Assembly: GCA_963789395.1 (NCBI GenBank)
Contig: CAWBKP010000022.1
Coordinates: 64,001 to 128,000, forward strand
Direction of reading: 5' to 3'
Length of the DNA stretch: 64,000 bases
From: an uncultured delta proteobacterium
GTDB taxonomy: Bacteria > Desulfobacterota > Desulfobacteria > Desulfobacterales > Desulfatirhabdiaceae
Part shown: piece after piece, positions 19,826 through 30,595 of the stretch
How the letters are laid out: each line of letters opens with the position of its first letter
Numbering within the stretch: the first letter of the stretch is position 1
The notes under the pieces: model-generated
Database searches by the model: none
What the model saw: the letters and a program-made list of their open reading frames with translations, nothing else
What the model was told of the DNA's origin: nothing
Position numbers and translations under genes: made by a program

Positions 19826-21190
19826 ATGACCCGAATTGATAGATATCTCTGCACGCTGATGATTTTTGGATTCGGGATGATCTATGCCTTTCTCATCCCA
19901 CCTTTTGAAGCTCCCGATGAGCCGGCGCATTTTGCAAGGGCTTACGGGATTGCCGAGGGCCAGTTTGTTTTAAAGGATCACCCGCGTCAATTGGTGCAGT
20001 ATATTGTCGATGAAATGCAACAGCGATATCCCGGACAGGATATTCCGATACTATCGTCGATTCGGCAGCTTTTGAAACAACATCAAGACCGGATTCCGAA
20101 TATCGCCTACAATTCATCGCAGTATTCACCGGTGTCATATGTGTTTCATGCGGCTGTGCTGAAGATTTTGATGCTGTGTTCAACACCGTTGGACATTCGG
20201 CTTTCTTTATATGCCGCCAGAATGGTATCGATTCTGCTTTATTCCGGCCTGATGTATGTCATTTTAGGAGTATCCCGAAAGATGGCCTGGCCTTTTTTCT
20301 GGATCGCCGTGACCCCCATGGCATTATCACAGGCCGGCATCGTCACCCCGGACGGCGTCGTTTTCTGTGCGGCGGCCATCGTGCTGCTGGTTTCAATTCA
20401 TGATGTGAGCGATTTGTGTTATGCAACATGGATGACGGCGGCTGTTTTTTTATTGATATCGATAAAACCCCCGTATGCTCCCCTGCTGCTGGTCTCCTTG
20501 GTCTCACTGTTCCGGGATCACCGGATTGCTGTGCCCAAACTCATTTGGCTGGTGGTTGCAGTGGTTATCTCCGCTGTTTCAATGCTTTCCTGGGCCTATT
20601 TTGTAAAAACCTGCGGGATACATGAGCTGATGATGAATGCTATTCTGAAATACAACTCACCGGCAATTGATCCACAACGCCAATTCGCGCTGCTGTTGCA
20701 ATCCCCTTTGAATTTCTGCCGCGTTGTTTACAATACCCTGTCGTTGCAAGGCGGTACGATGTTTCACGAATTCGTGGGGGTGCTGGGATGGCAGAATACG
20801 CCTGTCCCCGGATGGGTTGTCATGATATGGTGCTTTGCGGCCCTGTTCGCCCTGTACATCTCCGACAGGCCCGATTATATTTCATATGCGGTTTCTCTCG
20901 GATGGGGAATTACTTCAGGTATTGCCGCAATACTGGCTTTTTTGTGCGTTTCCATCGCTGTTTACTTGGTATGGATGCCGGTTGAAGCCCCTTTGGTATA
21001 TCTTCAGGGACGGTATTTTCACCCCATTGCCGCGGCATTATGCGTTGCGGTGATATTGATCAAGCCGGTTACGACGATGAGCGGACCCAAAAGACTGACG
21101 CCAATGATCGTTCTGTTTTTTTTTACCGTAATCCATACGGCAACCTATTACATTCTGCTGAAGAAATATTATTATGCAACGATCCTCTGA
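19826..21190 (+). CDS. DUF2142-like polytopic membrane protein (putative GT-C)
   Basis: IPPFEAPDEPAHFARAY, YSPVSY, KPPY, GVLGW, QGRYF; about 10 TM segments. Confidence 0.8.
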   Translation: MTRIDRYLCTLMIFGFGMIYAFLIPPFEAPDEPAHFARAYGIAEGQFVLKDHPRQLVQYIVDEMQQRYPGQDIPILSSIRQLLKQHQDRIPNIAYNSSQYSPVSYVFHAAVLKILMLCSTPLDIRLSLYAARMVSILLYSGLMYVILGVSRKMAWPFFWIAVTPMALSQAGIVTPDGVVFCAAAIVLLVSIHDVSDLCYATWMTAAVFLLISIKPPYAPLLLVSLVSLFRDHRIAVPKLIWLVVAVVISAVSMLSWAYFVKTCGIHELMMNAILKYNSPAIDPQRQFALLLQSPLNFCRVVYNTLSLQGGTMFHEFVGVLGWQNTPVPGWVVMIWCFAALFALYISDRPDYISYAVSLGWGITSGIAAILAFLCVSIAVYLVWMPVEAPLVYLQGRYFHPIAAALCVAVILIKPVTTMSGPKRLTPMIVLFFFTVIHTATYYILLKKYYYATIL

Positions 21191-22679
21191 CAAAATAAGA
21201 CAACATTTTGATGCGCTGGCCCCTGATAAACATCTGTGGCGGGAGAAAAATTCATATTATTATGAGACACAATTGTCCGTTTTTCAGTTTCTGGTCCCGC
21301 CCGGAAAGAAAATCCTTGAGCTGGGCTGCGGTACCGGTGACCTGCTCGCTGCCTTGAAACCGGCGTATGGGGTGGGGGTTGATCTGAGCGCGCGGATGAT
21401 TGCACTGGCAAGTGCAAACTATCCCTCTTTTCATTTTCTGGAAGGAGATGCCGAAGACCCGCTCACCTGGGGGATAAAAGATAAATTTGATTTTATTATC
21501 ATGGCGGATGTTGTCGGCTATTTTCAGGATATCCAGACAGCCCTTGATAGACTGCATGAATTTTGTGATCCATCAACCCGGTTGATCATATCCTATTATA
21601 ACCACATGTGGGAGCCGGTCCTGAAGATGGCGGAGCGGTTCAAACTGAAAACACCCACAGGCATTGGAAACTGGTTGTCTCCGGAGGATCTGGAAAATCT
21701 TCTCTTTTTGTCGGACTTTGAAACCATCAAAAAAGAGAGAAGACTACTGATGCCCAAGAAAATACCGGTGATTTATCCCCTGATCGAGTTTATCGGATGC
21801 CTTCCGGTAGTCAACCGGATGTGCATCACCAATTACCTGGTCGCCAAGCCCAAAATTAAACCAACCCCTGTTTTGCCAAAAAGCGTTTCAGTGGTGATCC
21901 CCTGTAAGAATGAAAAGGGAAATATTGAGGCGGCCGTGACCAGAATGCCGTCAATCGGGCTTCATACCGAAATCATTTTTGTGGTGGGAGAGTCCGTGGA
22001 TGGCACCCATGAAGAAATTTGCAGGGTCATCGACAACTTCCCGGAAAAAAGCATCAGATGCCTGGTACAGGATGGAACAGGCAAGGGAGATGCGGTTCGA
22101 AAGGGATTTCAAGAAGCCAGCGGGGAAGTGGTCATGATTCTGGATGCCGACCTGACGGTTTCCCCGGAAGACCTGCCCAAGTTTTACGATGCGGTTGTTT
22201 TGGATAAAGGAGATATGATTAATGGGTGTCGCCTTGTTTATACCATGGAAAATGAAGCCATGCGCTTTTTGAATATGTTGGGGAACAAATTCTTCAGTCT
22301 GTTTTTCTCCTGGTTGTTAAATCAGCGGATAAAGGATACGTTGTGCGGTACAAAAGTGCTGCTGCGCAAGAATTACGAATTGATAGCGGCGAATCGGGAT
22401 TATTTCGGGCAAATCGATCCATTCGGTGATTTTGATCTTTTGTTCGGTGCATCCAGGCAAAATCTTAAGATCATTGAAATTCCCATCCGGTATGGTGCCA
22501 GAATCTATGGAGAGACCCAGATCCGTCGATTCTATCATGGATTTATCCTGTTAAAAATGTGTTTCGGGGCGATTGGGAAGATGAAGATGTTTAATTTTGC
22601 CGCAATTTCAAAATCACCCGTGATGTCCAAAATAAAAGCGTTCATAGGATCGATCCGTAATCATCGCGGTTCCAGGTGA
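21174..22679 (+). CDS. Methyltransferase-GT2 fusion (polyprenyl-phosphate sugar synthase-like GT2)
   Basis: N-terminal ILELGCGTG; C-terminal SVVIPCKNE, GKGDAVRKGF, ILDADL, DTLCGTK, EIPIRY..R.YGE. Confidence 0.88.
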   Translation: MQRSSDKIRQHFDALAPDKHLWREKNSYYYETQLSVFQFLVPPGKKILELGCGTGDLLAALKPAYGVGVDLSARMIALASANYPSFHFLEGDAEDPLTWGIKDKFDFIIMADVVGYFQDIQTALDRLHEFCDPSTRLIISYYNHMWEPVLKMAERFKLKTPTGIGNWLSPEDLENLLFLSDFETIKKERRLLMPKKIPVIYPLIEFIGCLPVVNRMCITNYLVAKPKIKPTPVLPKSVSVVIPCKNEKGNIEAAVTRMPSIGLHTEIIFVVGESVDGTHEEICRVIDNFPEKSIRCLVQDGTGKGDAVRKGFQEASGEVVMILDADLTVSPEDLPKFYDAVVLDKGDMINGCRLVYTMENEAMRFLNMLGNKFFSLFFSWLLNQRIKDTLCGTKVLLRKNYELIAANRDYFGQIDPFGDFDLLFGASRQNLKIIEIPIRYGARIYGETQIRRFYHGFILLKMCFGAIGKMKMFNFAAISKSPVMSKIKAFIGSIRNHRGSR

Positions 22680-22744
22680 AGCAAAAGTAATATGTTGAAG
22701 TAATTAACTATCTCTTAATAAAGCATTCAACGGCCCCTGATAGA

Positions 22745-23851
22745 ATGAAAACACTTGCCGTCATCATAAATTATCGTTCGGCGCATCTGACCAAGAAGGC
22801 CGTGACCTCCATTCTGGCGTCCGATCATGTTGGATCGCTTCAAATCGTCGTGGTGGACAATAGCTGTGATGAATCAGAGGCAAGCTGTTTGCGAGAGATT
22901 CTTCCCCCGGAAGTCACGCTTTGGGTGAACCCTGAAAACATGGGTTTCGGACGGGCCTGCAACCAGGCATTCGAAGCATATGACAGCGATTATTTGCTGC
23001 TGTTGAATCCGGATGCCATACTGCTGCCCGGATGCCTGCTGCATCTGCAGCAGGCACTGGTTCGATACGACGGTGTTGGAGCCGTCGGTCCTCAGGTTTT
23101 CTGGGATGACGATCTTGAATACTATCTTCCGCCGTCTTATCCGGATCTCTTTTTGTGGATTCATCCCCTGTTTTCCAGTTTGAAAAGTCGGTTGCCATAC
23201 GTATGCTGGCGATTTTTTTCGTTGAGGGTATGGAAAGCCAGACGTTCCGTAAGGGTATTGAATTTGTCCGGCGGGAATGTACTGATTCGCCGACAGGCGG
23301 CAATTGACGCCGGAGGGTTGTTTGATCCAGCATTCTTTTTATATTATGAAGATACGGACCTGTTTGTCCGGATCCGGCAGGCGGGATATTCCCTCCGGGT
23401 GATACCCGGGGCAAAGGCGATTCACTATTATGACCAATGCGACCAGAAGAACTGGAAAGGCAAACGGCAACAGATGGTCGATTCCCATCACATTTATATC
23501 CGAAAACACTGCAAGGGATGGAAAAAAATCCTATCTCATCTGATACGCCGGATGACCGACAAAATAAACGGCGGGCCACTGCCGGAAGCGGTGCACTGCT
23601 ATCGCGCCCCGTTCTCTTTGAAAATTCCAACCCATCTCTGCAAAGGCTGGCTTTTCGAATGGAGCCCGAATTCAGATTTCATTCCTTCAATCGGGAAATT
23701 CGGAACAGGGCCGGAGATGGTATTTTCAAATAAAGTGTGGCAAATGCTTGCCCCTGGCAAATATTATGGCAGGATCGGTGATCGTGGCGGGATGGATAGT
23801 TGTTTTCATAATATTACATGGGTAATCGATGAATCAGAAAATGGAAAATGA
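22745..23851 (+). CDS. GT2 glycosyltransferase
   Basis: IINYRS, VVDNS, ENMGFGRACN, LLNPDA, FDPAFFLYYEDTDL. Confidence 0.9.
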   Translation: MKTLAVIINYRSAHLTKKAVTSILASDHVGSLQIVVVDNSCDESEASCLREILPPEVTLWVNPENMGFGRACNQAFEAYDSDYLLLLNPDAILLPGCLLHLQQALVRYDGVGAVGPQVFWDDDLEYYLPPSYPDLFLWIHPLFSSLKSRLPYVCWRFFSLRVWKARRSVRVLNLSGGNVLIRRQAAIDAGGLFDPAFFLYYEDTDLFVRIRQAGYSLRVIPGAKAIHYYDQCDQKNWKGKRQQMVDSHHIYIRKHCKGWKKILSHLIRRMTDKINGGPLPEAVHCYRAPFSLKIPTHLCKGWLFEWSPNSDFIPSIGKFGTGPEMVFSNKVWQMLAPGKYYGRIGDRGGMDSCFHNITWVIDESENGK

Positions 23852-25664
23852 GAATACTGAGGGTATGAGGATTTGCGACCGGCAATTGGTTGAATTTGGG
23901 GCAAAACTGCCCGAACCGTTTAATTTCAGCCAATCGGTGTTTAAAGAAGGTCACGTGCATTTCGGGTTTTGGCCGGACAATTTGTCCGGCCTGTCTCTGG
24001 AAGAAGCCCAGGAAAAGATGTTCAACCTTCTGCTGTCATATTTTCCGGAGCCGCCGGCCAAGGTCCTGGATGTGGGTTGCGGACTTGGGGTTTCAGCCGC
24101 CATTCTGGCTGAAAAAGGGTATCGGGTAACGGCAATCGCGCCTTCGGAAGAACTGATAAGCTATGCCAAAAAAAAATACGGCTCAGAAAAAGTCGATTAT
24201 CAGAATGCCGGATTTCTGGATGAATCCGAGCAGGGATTTGCCGCGGATATTTATGATGTCATATTCTTTCAGGAATCCCTGCAGACCCTGCAGCCCGTTG
24301 GAAACGTGTTCCAAAAGGCCAGGCGCCGGCTTGCTCCAAAAGGAAAAATCGTTTTTGGAGACGAGGTCTGCCTGGATCGTTCGATTCAAAACCAGACCGC
24401 CGCACACCATCGGAGTGATATCATCACCGCGCTGAGTGAAAGCGGGTTTCGCATATCTTCCCAACAATCGGTTCGGGAAAATGTGCTTCAAACCTGTAAT
24501 GAGGTGATCAATCGATTTGCAACCCATTTTGATCATGTGGTCCGGCAAGTCGATTCACCGGACACTGCGGATCGGCTTCAGCTCTATCTGAATGGGTGGA
24601 AATCCCGGCTTCAGTGGTACACCCGGAGTCAGATGGGTTATGAAATCTTTTCGGTTCAAAAAACGGATGTTTTTGTTCGAGCCTATGGCAAAGGGGATGA
24701 GCAGGCTATTTTGCCGTTATTTCGTCAGGTATTTCACAATCCCCGAACAACAGCCCACTGGAACTGGAAGTACAGGGATAACCCTTACGGCAATTTTCGG
24801 ATTGCGACAGCTTTTACCGAAAATGGCGATCTGGCAGCCCATTTTTCAGGTTATCCCGTTCCCTTCTATTTCGGTGATATGAAAGATAAAGTTTTTATCG
24901 CATATCAGGGCGGCGATACCATGACCAATCCGGAATTCAGAAGCTCGGGACTCGGTAAAACCAGTGTTTTAGGGCGGACCGCAGCCTATTTTTACAGCAA
25001 ATTCTGCGACGGGGTTGTTCCCTTCTTTTATGGATTCAATACCGGAAACATTCGAAAATTCGGCGAGCGGTTTCTTCGATTCGAATATATTCAGCCGATT
25101 CCCTACCATGTCATGGAAGTCGGCCAGGGCTTGCCGGTACCAGCGGGAAGGTTCGTCCGCATGATAAAAGGGTTGTCGGCTGATCGGGTTTTTACCGCCG
25201 GCATCGAATTTGACCGTTTTTTTGATAACGTATGCAATGCCTACGCAATTTTAGTCAAACGGGATGCCGCCTATATCAAATGGCGGTATCTGGATTGTCC
25301 GGATAACCTGCATCATGTTTTTGCGGTCAGGCGCAGGGGAAAACTTACCGGATGGGGCATTTTCTCAATCCGCGGGAATACACTGATTTGGGGGGATGCA
25401 CTGTGTGATCCCCTTTATGCCCGGGACATGAATTTTTTATTGTGTCACGTTATTGAGAAAATGGGTGTCCCTGTGACCCAAATTGCCGGATGGTTTTCGC
25501 CAACCCCCGAATGGTGGAACGCCGAATTGACAAAAATGGGATTTTTCGTTCAAAACGAGCCGAATAATTTATCTCCGTGCGTCATTTTATTTGATCCGGA
25601 TTTTTCACGCGATCTTTTTGAAAAGAAATTCTATTATACGATGGGGGATAGCGATCTGTTCTGA
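23829..25664 (+). CDS. Methyltransferase-GNAT N-acyltransferase fusion
   Basis: HVHFGFW, VLDVGCGLG; then RAYGKGDE..I..LF, WNWKY.DNP, DTMTNPEFR, FFYGF, RDAAYIKWRY, YYTMGDSD. Confidence 0.8.
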   Translation: MNQKMENENTEGMRICDRQLVEFGAKLPEPFNFSQSVFKEGHVHFGFWPDNLSGLSLEEAQEKMFNLLLSYFPEPPAKVLDVGCGLGVSAAILAEKGYRVTAIAPSEELISYAKKKYGSEKVDYQNAGFLDESEQGFAADIYDVIFFQESLQTLQPVGNVFQKARRRLAPKGKIVFGDEVCLDRSIQNQTAAHHRSDIITALSESGFRISSQQSVRENVLQTCNEVINRFATHFDHVVRQVDSPDTADRLQLYLNGWKSRLQWYTRSQMGYEIFSVQKTDVFVRAYGKGDEQAILPLFRQVFHNPRTTAHWNWKYRDNPYGNFRIATAFTENGDLAAHFSGYPVPFYFGDMKDKVFIAYQGGDTMTNPEFRSSGLGKTSVLGRTAAYFYSKFCDGVVPFFYGFNTGNIRKFGERFLRFEYIQPIPYHVMEVGQGLPVPAGRFVRMIKGLSADRVFTAGIEFDRFFDNVCNAYAILVKRDAAYIKWRYLDCPDNLHHVFAVRRRGKLTGWGIFSIRGNTLIWGDALCDPLYARDMNFLLCHVIEKMGVPVTQIAGWFSPTPEWWNAELTKMGFFVQNEPNNLSPCVILFDPDFSRDLFEKKFYYTMGDSDLF

Positions 25665-25671
25665 TTTTTCC

Positions 25672-27395
25672 ATGAAAATCCTTCCAAATCGCGAACGCAT
25701 GCCAATATGCTCAAAAATACATAAGGCACTAAAGTCTGTTCCGCCGGGAAAGCATTGCCTTTGGTTGCTGATATGTGCGGCATCTTTGGGATTATCGGTG
25801 TTGCTACAGTGGAACGGTCAAATCCAGGCAATCGGCGGCGATCATGACAGTCTGAAATATCTCGGAATGACCGAAACCCTGCTCAATGGCAAATGGATGG
25901 GTGACTATAATCAGATGACATTGATTCGTCTGCCGATTTATCCCCTGTTTCTGGCCCTGAACAGTTCGATGGATTGGCCGCTTCAACGTTCACAGATGCT
26001 GCTGTATCTGGCAAGTATCGGTTTCCTGATGGCGGCGTTACGTTCCGTGGATGTAGCCCGTTGGCGCATTGCAGCCATCTGTGTTCTGTGCGCCTTTCAT
26101 CCCGCGGGAATTTTTCCCTCCATGTATCTGGCAACTGAAGCCATGTACACTTCTGTTGCAACAATTGTGCTGGCCGGCTGTATCGGCGTCATGGGGTCAA
26201 TCAACAAAAAAAAGCCCCGTGCTTATTTCTGGGGGATTCTTCTCTCTGTTTCTCTTGCGCTTTTCTGGCATATCCGATCAGAGAGTCTGTGGATACTGCC
26301 ATTGGGAATAGGTTATGTTTGTTTATATCCTGTGGGAGTTCAGGCATCGCTACAGAAAAAACCGGATGGTCATATGCTTTGTAATGCTGTTTCCCTGCCT
26401 CTGTGTCTATTTGTTGACGGATTTTCTTCGAAATGAAAACAAGAAATATTATGGCGTTGGCGTATCCCATGAATTGAATGAGCCCAATTTTGTATCTGCA
26501 TTCCAGTGGCTGACCAGACTGGAGGGTGGAACGCATCCTGCCTATGTTCCGGTTTCCCGAGCTGCATTGAACCAGGCGTATGAAATCAGCGCGCATTTTG
26601 CGATGTTAAAACCCTTTTTGTCTCAGCAGACCGAAGGCCGGGGATGGGCAAAATTCGGTTGTGAGTGGATGGGGATTTGCGATGAACTGCCGGGCGGCTG
26701 GATATTATGGGCTGTGCGTGATGCGGCGGCGTCTATCGGCGTTTATCAGAGCGCGACATCAGCAAGCCGTTTTTTCGGAGAGGTGGCAAGGGAGATTAAA
26801 ACAGCCTGCAAAGAGGGCAGGGTCAGGTGCACTGCCAATCCCGACCGGGAATATGCTGGCGCCGCCTCTGGCATGGAAGGATTTGCCTCGAATATTCCGC
26901 TCCTTTGTCAAAATGACGATTCTGTCGTTCACTTTCGGAAAGCTGTCGGAGGCGATTCGGGATGCTCCGCCGTTACAACCACCGGCTGAGTTGGTGGCAA
27001 GATATGAACGCATTACCCATGACCAGTCTCCGCCGCATAAAAATTTTTCCAAGCTGTTTACCGGAGCAGCGATCCATCTGCTTCAGGTTTTTCAGATAGC
27101 GGGTGGCATCTGGATGCTGATTGCTTTGGGGAAAAAAATCCGGCAATGGTTGAACAAACCGCAAGAAACTTCGTGGGGATACGTGCACATACATTCATGG
27201 GTTACGGGTTGTCTCCTGGTGTTTATCATCAGCCGCGTTGCCATTGTTGCATACATCGATGCGATGAGTTTTTACGCACAGCTTCGATATTTACTTGTCG
27301 TTTCTCCTGCGCTGATAACCCTGATCTGCCTTTTGCTGCCTGATAACATAAATCCAGCCAGCGGCAACTTCCGGCAATTTCATAAAACGCGATGA
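25672..27395 (+). CDS. Polytopic membrane protein, putative GT-C (frameshifts ~26320 and ~26845)
   Basis: HD..KY...LLNGKWMGDYNQMTLIRLPIYPLFLA, WHIRSESLWILP, large periplasmic loop, C-terminal TMs with RYL. Confidence 0.6.
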
Positions 27396-27408
27396 CCCGG
27401 GATTTGCT

Positions 27409-28125
27409 CTAACGATCAGACCGACATTGCAGTCGGATTTGATTGTTGCCGGATTCATACAGAGAATTACCGTAAGCAATCAGGTTGGACGGAAATCCGA
27501 GAAGCGAAACGTGCTGAAGATAAACATCCGTATGAGATGGGAAAAGAGAGTGCAGGGAATGGGGAGTATGTAAATTGAGGTTTTGGGTACGTGACCAGAA
27601 ATCCATTCGGAGTTTTTTCAGAATTGCCTGGTGCTGTGGTTGCGGCAACCAGTGTATGAGTGGTAGAAACGTATGGAATTCAACCGGGAACTGACGGTTC
27701 GGCGTTATAACAAAAAAATTCCTGGATACCCTTAACACTTCCCGGATAAAACGGCGTTGGTGGTCTATGCTTCCCACGTGTTCCAATACTGCGGAACAAA
27801 AAACAATATCGAAGGATTGGTCTTTGAATGGCAGACGGTCTTTTTCAGTTTGGATAAATGTCAGGCCGGGGTATGCTTCTTCGAGAAAAGAAGCATTTTC
27901 GATGCTGGTGGCGACGATGCGGTTTTTGTAAGGATAAAGCGATTCAAAAAAATTGGATTCCGGCAGCCGTTGGTCCGGGGTAACGCCGATATCCAGGATC
28001 AAGGCGTTTGCGTCAGGTTTCATGATATCCATGAATGACGCAAATACCTTCCGCCTGACATAAAATGAAATCCTTGAAGCCAGCATGCGAAGCGGGTGAT
28101 CCATGGAGAAATAATCGATAGCCAT
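27409..28125 (-). CDS. Methyltransferase type 11
   Basis: ILDIGVT, LPFKDQSFDIVFCSAVLEHVG, TPNR.FPVEFHT. Confidence 0.88.
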   Translation of the reverse strand: MAIDYFSMDHPLRMLASRISFYVRRKVFASFMDIMKPDANALILDIGVTPDQRLPESNFFESLYPYKNRIVATSIENASFLEEAYPGLTFIQTEKDRLPFKDQSFDIVFCSAVLEHVGSIDHQRRFIREVLRVSRNFFVITPNRQFPVEFHTFLPLIHWLPQPQHQAILKKLRMDFWSRTQNLNLHTPHSLHSLFPSHTDVYLQHVSLLGFPSNLIAYGNSLYESGNNQIRLQCRSDR

Positions 28126-28131
28126 CGCCGC

Positions 28132-29293
28132 TTATCGTTCCAGGCCGATTATCGCAAGCGCAAACCCGTAGACCATTGTCTGTATGCCCAGGCCGATTCC
28201 TGTTACTGCCGTTATCACTGCCCGCAGGCTGCTTTGATACGACAGGGCTCCGAATCCTACCGACTTCCACGTCAATACTTCCTGAAATAAAACCCCTGCG
28301 CCGGCAAGGGCAAAGAGCAGGCCGATACAGATTCCCCATTCTACCGGTCGTCCTTTAACAACCTGGAGCCAGAAGTTTTTCCCTGGAAGAAGCCCGGAAT
28401 TAACCGCATAGGCTTTAATAAATATTCCCAGGCCGAGCACCTGAAATCCGACGACCATTGCCGTGCTGACCACCAGCAGGGAATTGAGGTCAAAGGTGAT
28501 AAAACCCACTTTGACCGGAGCGGATATTAGAATAATAAAACCGATGAGGCCGAATACTGTCAGGAAACAACCGGGGAATATAAACAGCCATAAAGGGCTG
28601 TACAGCAGCATGAACCGAAGATGGCGCCATCCGTCACGCCAGCTTCGTAAATGGGGCGGGCCGGAGCGGCCGTCTTTTCTGAGCGTGATTGGGACTTGAG
28701 TGATTCTCAGGTTTTTCAGCGATGCCTTAACGACCATTTCAGAGGCGAACTCCATTCCGTGGGTTTTCAATCCGAGAGATAACACGGATTCCCGTCGAAA
28801 CGCCCTTAATCCACAGTGAAAATCGTCAACCTGTGAGGAAAAAAATAATTTTCCCAGTGCTGATAAAATGGGGTTGCCAATCCATCGGTGTTTCCATGGC
28901 ATGGCGCCGGCTTCTATGCGTCCGCCGCATTTCGGGAATCTGCATCCGATGACAAGGTCATATCCTTCGGCCAGCTTGTTTAAAAAATTGGGAAGCTCTC
29001 TGAAATTATAACTTCCATCAGCATCTCCCATCAAAACATATTTTCCTTGAGCAGCCTAGAATTCCTCCCTGCAGGGCGTGCCCGTAACCTTTTGAGAGGA
29101 TCTGGACGATTCTGGCGCCTGCTTTCCGTGCGATGTCAACAGAGTTGTCGGTGCTGCCATTGTCTGCTACAATCACTTCACCGGGAAAGCCGGTCTCGTG
29201 AATTGCTTGAAATGCTTCCATAACGCATTCTTTGATAGTCTCTGATTCATTCAGGCAGGGGATAACAATGGAGACTTCTATCGCATCGCTCAC
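28132..29293 (-). CDS. GT2 dolichol/polyprenyl-phosphate sugar synthase-like with C-terminal TMs (frameshift ~29055)
   Basis: VSIVIPCLNE, ADNGSTD, KGYG.AL, MGDADGSY, DFHCGLR, GMEFASEMV, HLRSWRDGWRHL. Confidence 0.9.
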
Positions 29294-29895
29294 ACAAGAA
29301 ATCCTTTAATTGATTGGAAAGGAAATTATAACAGATGATTGTTTCATGTTAACCATTAACAATTCCAGTGGATGAAATCAAGACGTTTGAATATCTTCAT
29401 TTATAACGTCCGGTAATAATGCTTATGGATACAGTCTCCTATTGAAAACATAGCCATCGTCGCAACTTATCACCCTACAGCACTCTTCTATGGATTTGTT
29501 TCCTCAATTCTCAAATTGCCTTATTTGGGTTTGGGAAATGGCCATAGTCGTTAATATTCAGAAAAAAGTTGGTAGGTTGTTGGTTCAGGGCAGATAATAT
29601 GGTATGAGAAGCAATCCTGATCGTCCGGGGATGAATATGAAACAGGATGTGGATCAAAGCTTGTTGATAGTAGCTATTTCGGAGACGTTTCCTTGAAATA
29701 TGAGGTCATACTATGAATAAAATACCGTATCTCAATGCAGGTCACGGAGAAAATAAAGCTTCATAATGGGGAAATCCGATGCTATAAACATCATAAAAAT
29801 CAGAATGTTCAGCCTTGATTTTCCAGCCGATGATTTCAGGAAAAGCCTTTACTATATAATGGGTGATAGCGATAGTTTTAAAATGGGGACAAACC

Positions 29896-30564
29896 TTGAA
29901 AACAGAAGACCAAATAGTACCGTTTCACTGTACTGATTTGACCGGAAATCGGGTTTTGGTTCTGGCGCCCCATCCCGATGATGAAACCATCGGCTGCGGA
30001 GGAGCCCTTGCCCTCCATGCGGAGGCTGGTGACCCTGCCCGGGTTGTCATTTTGACCAATGGGGCAAAAGGGGATGTTTTCGGAAGATTTGTAAAGGATG
30101 ACTATATTGCCGTTCGCCGACGGGAAACCCGCGCGGCATGTGCCTGCCTGGGGATTTCCGATGTGATCTTCTGGTCTTATGAAGACAGGGGACTGGCCGA
30201 TGCCGGAACTGTTGTCCCGGATATGGTCGCACTGATCAATACCTATGGTCCGGACTTGATTTATGCACCCTCACCGCTGGAATTCCATCCGGATCATCGG
30301 TCAGCGGCGGATTTTATCCAGGCAGCGTTAAAATATTGCCGGACAGATGCTGAAGTCCTGTTTTATGAAGTTGGTCAGCCGTTGCAGGTCGATGTTCTGG
30401 TGGACATTACCGGTGTTCTGGGCAAAAAAAGACAGGCGATGCAGCAATACCGGAGCCAGTTGGAAGAACGTCCTTATGATGAAGTGGCGATGGCCTTGAA
30501 CCGTTTCAGAAGCCTGACATTGCCCGATAAGGTGACGCACGCGGAGGGGTTTATCGAGATATAA
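29896..30564 (+). CDS. PIG-L/LmbE-family de-N-acetylase (probably the N-terminal domain of the next ORF)
   Basis: APHPDDETIGCGG, RRRE, HPDH, YE, YRSQ, AEGF. Confidence 0.9.
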   Translation: MKTEDQIVPFHCTDLTGNRVLVLAPHPDDETIGCGGALALHAEAGDPARVVILTNGAKGDVFGRFVKDDYIAVRRRETRAACACLGISDVIFWSYEDRGLADAGTVVPDMVALINTYGPDLIYAPSPLEFHPDHRSAADFIQAALKYCRTDAEVLFYEVGQPLQVDVLVDITGVLGKKRQAMQQYRSQLEERPYDEVAMALNRFRSLTLPDKVTHAEGFIEI

Positions 30565-30595
30565 ACCTCCCATTCCAAGCGTCGGCATCCGGAAC

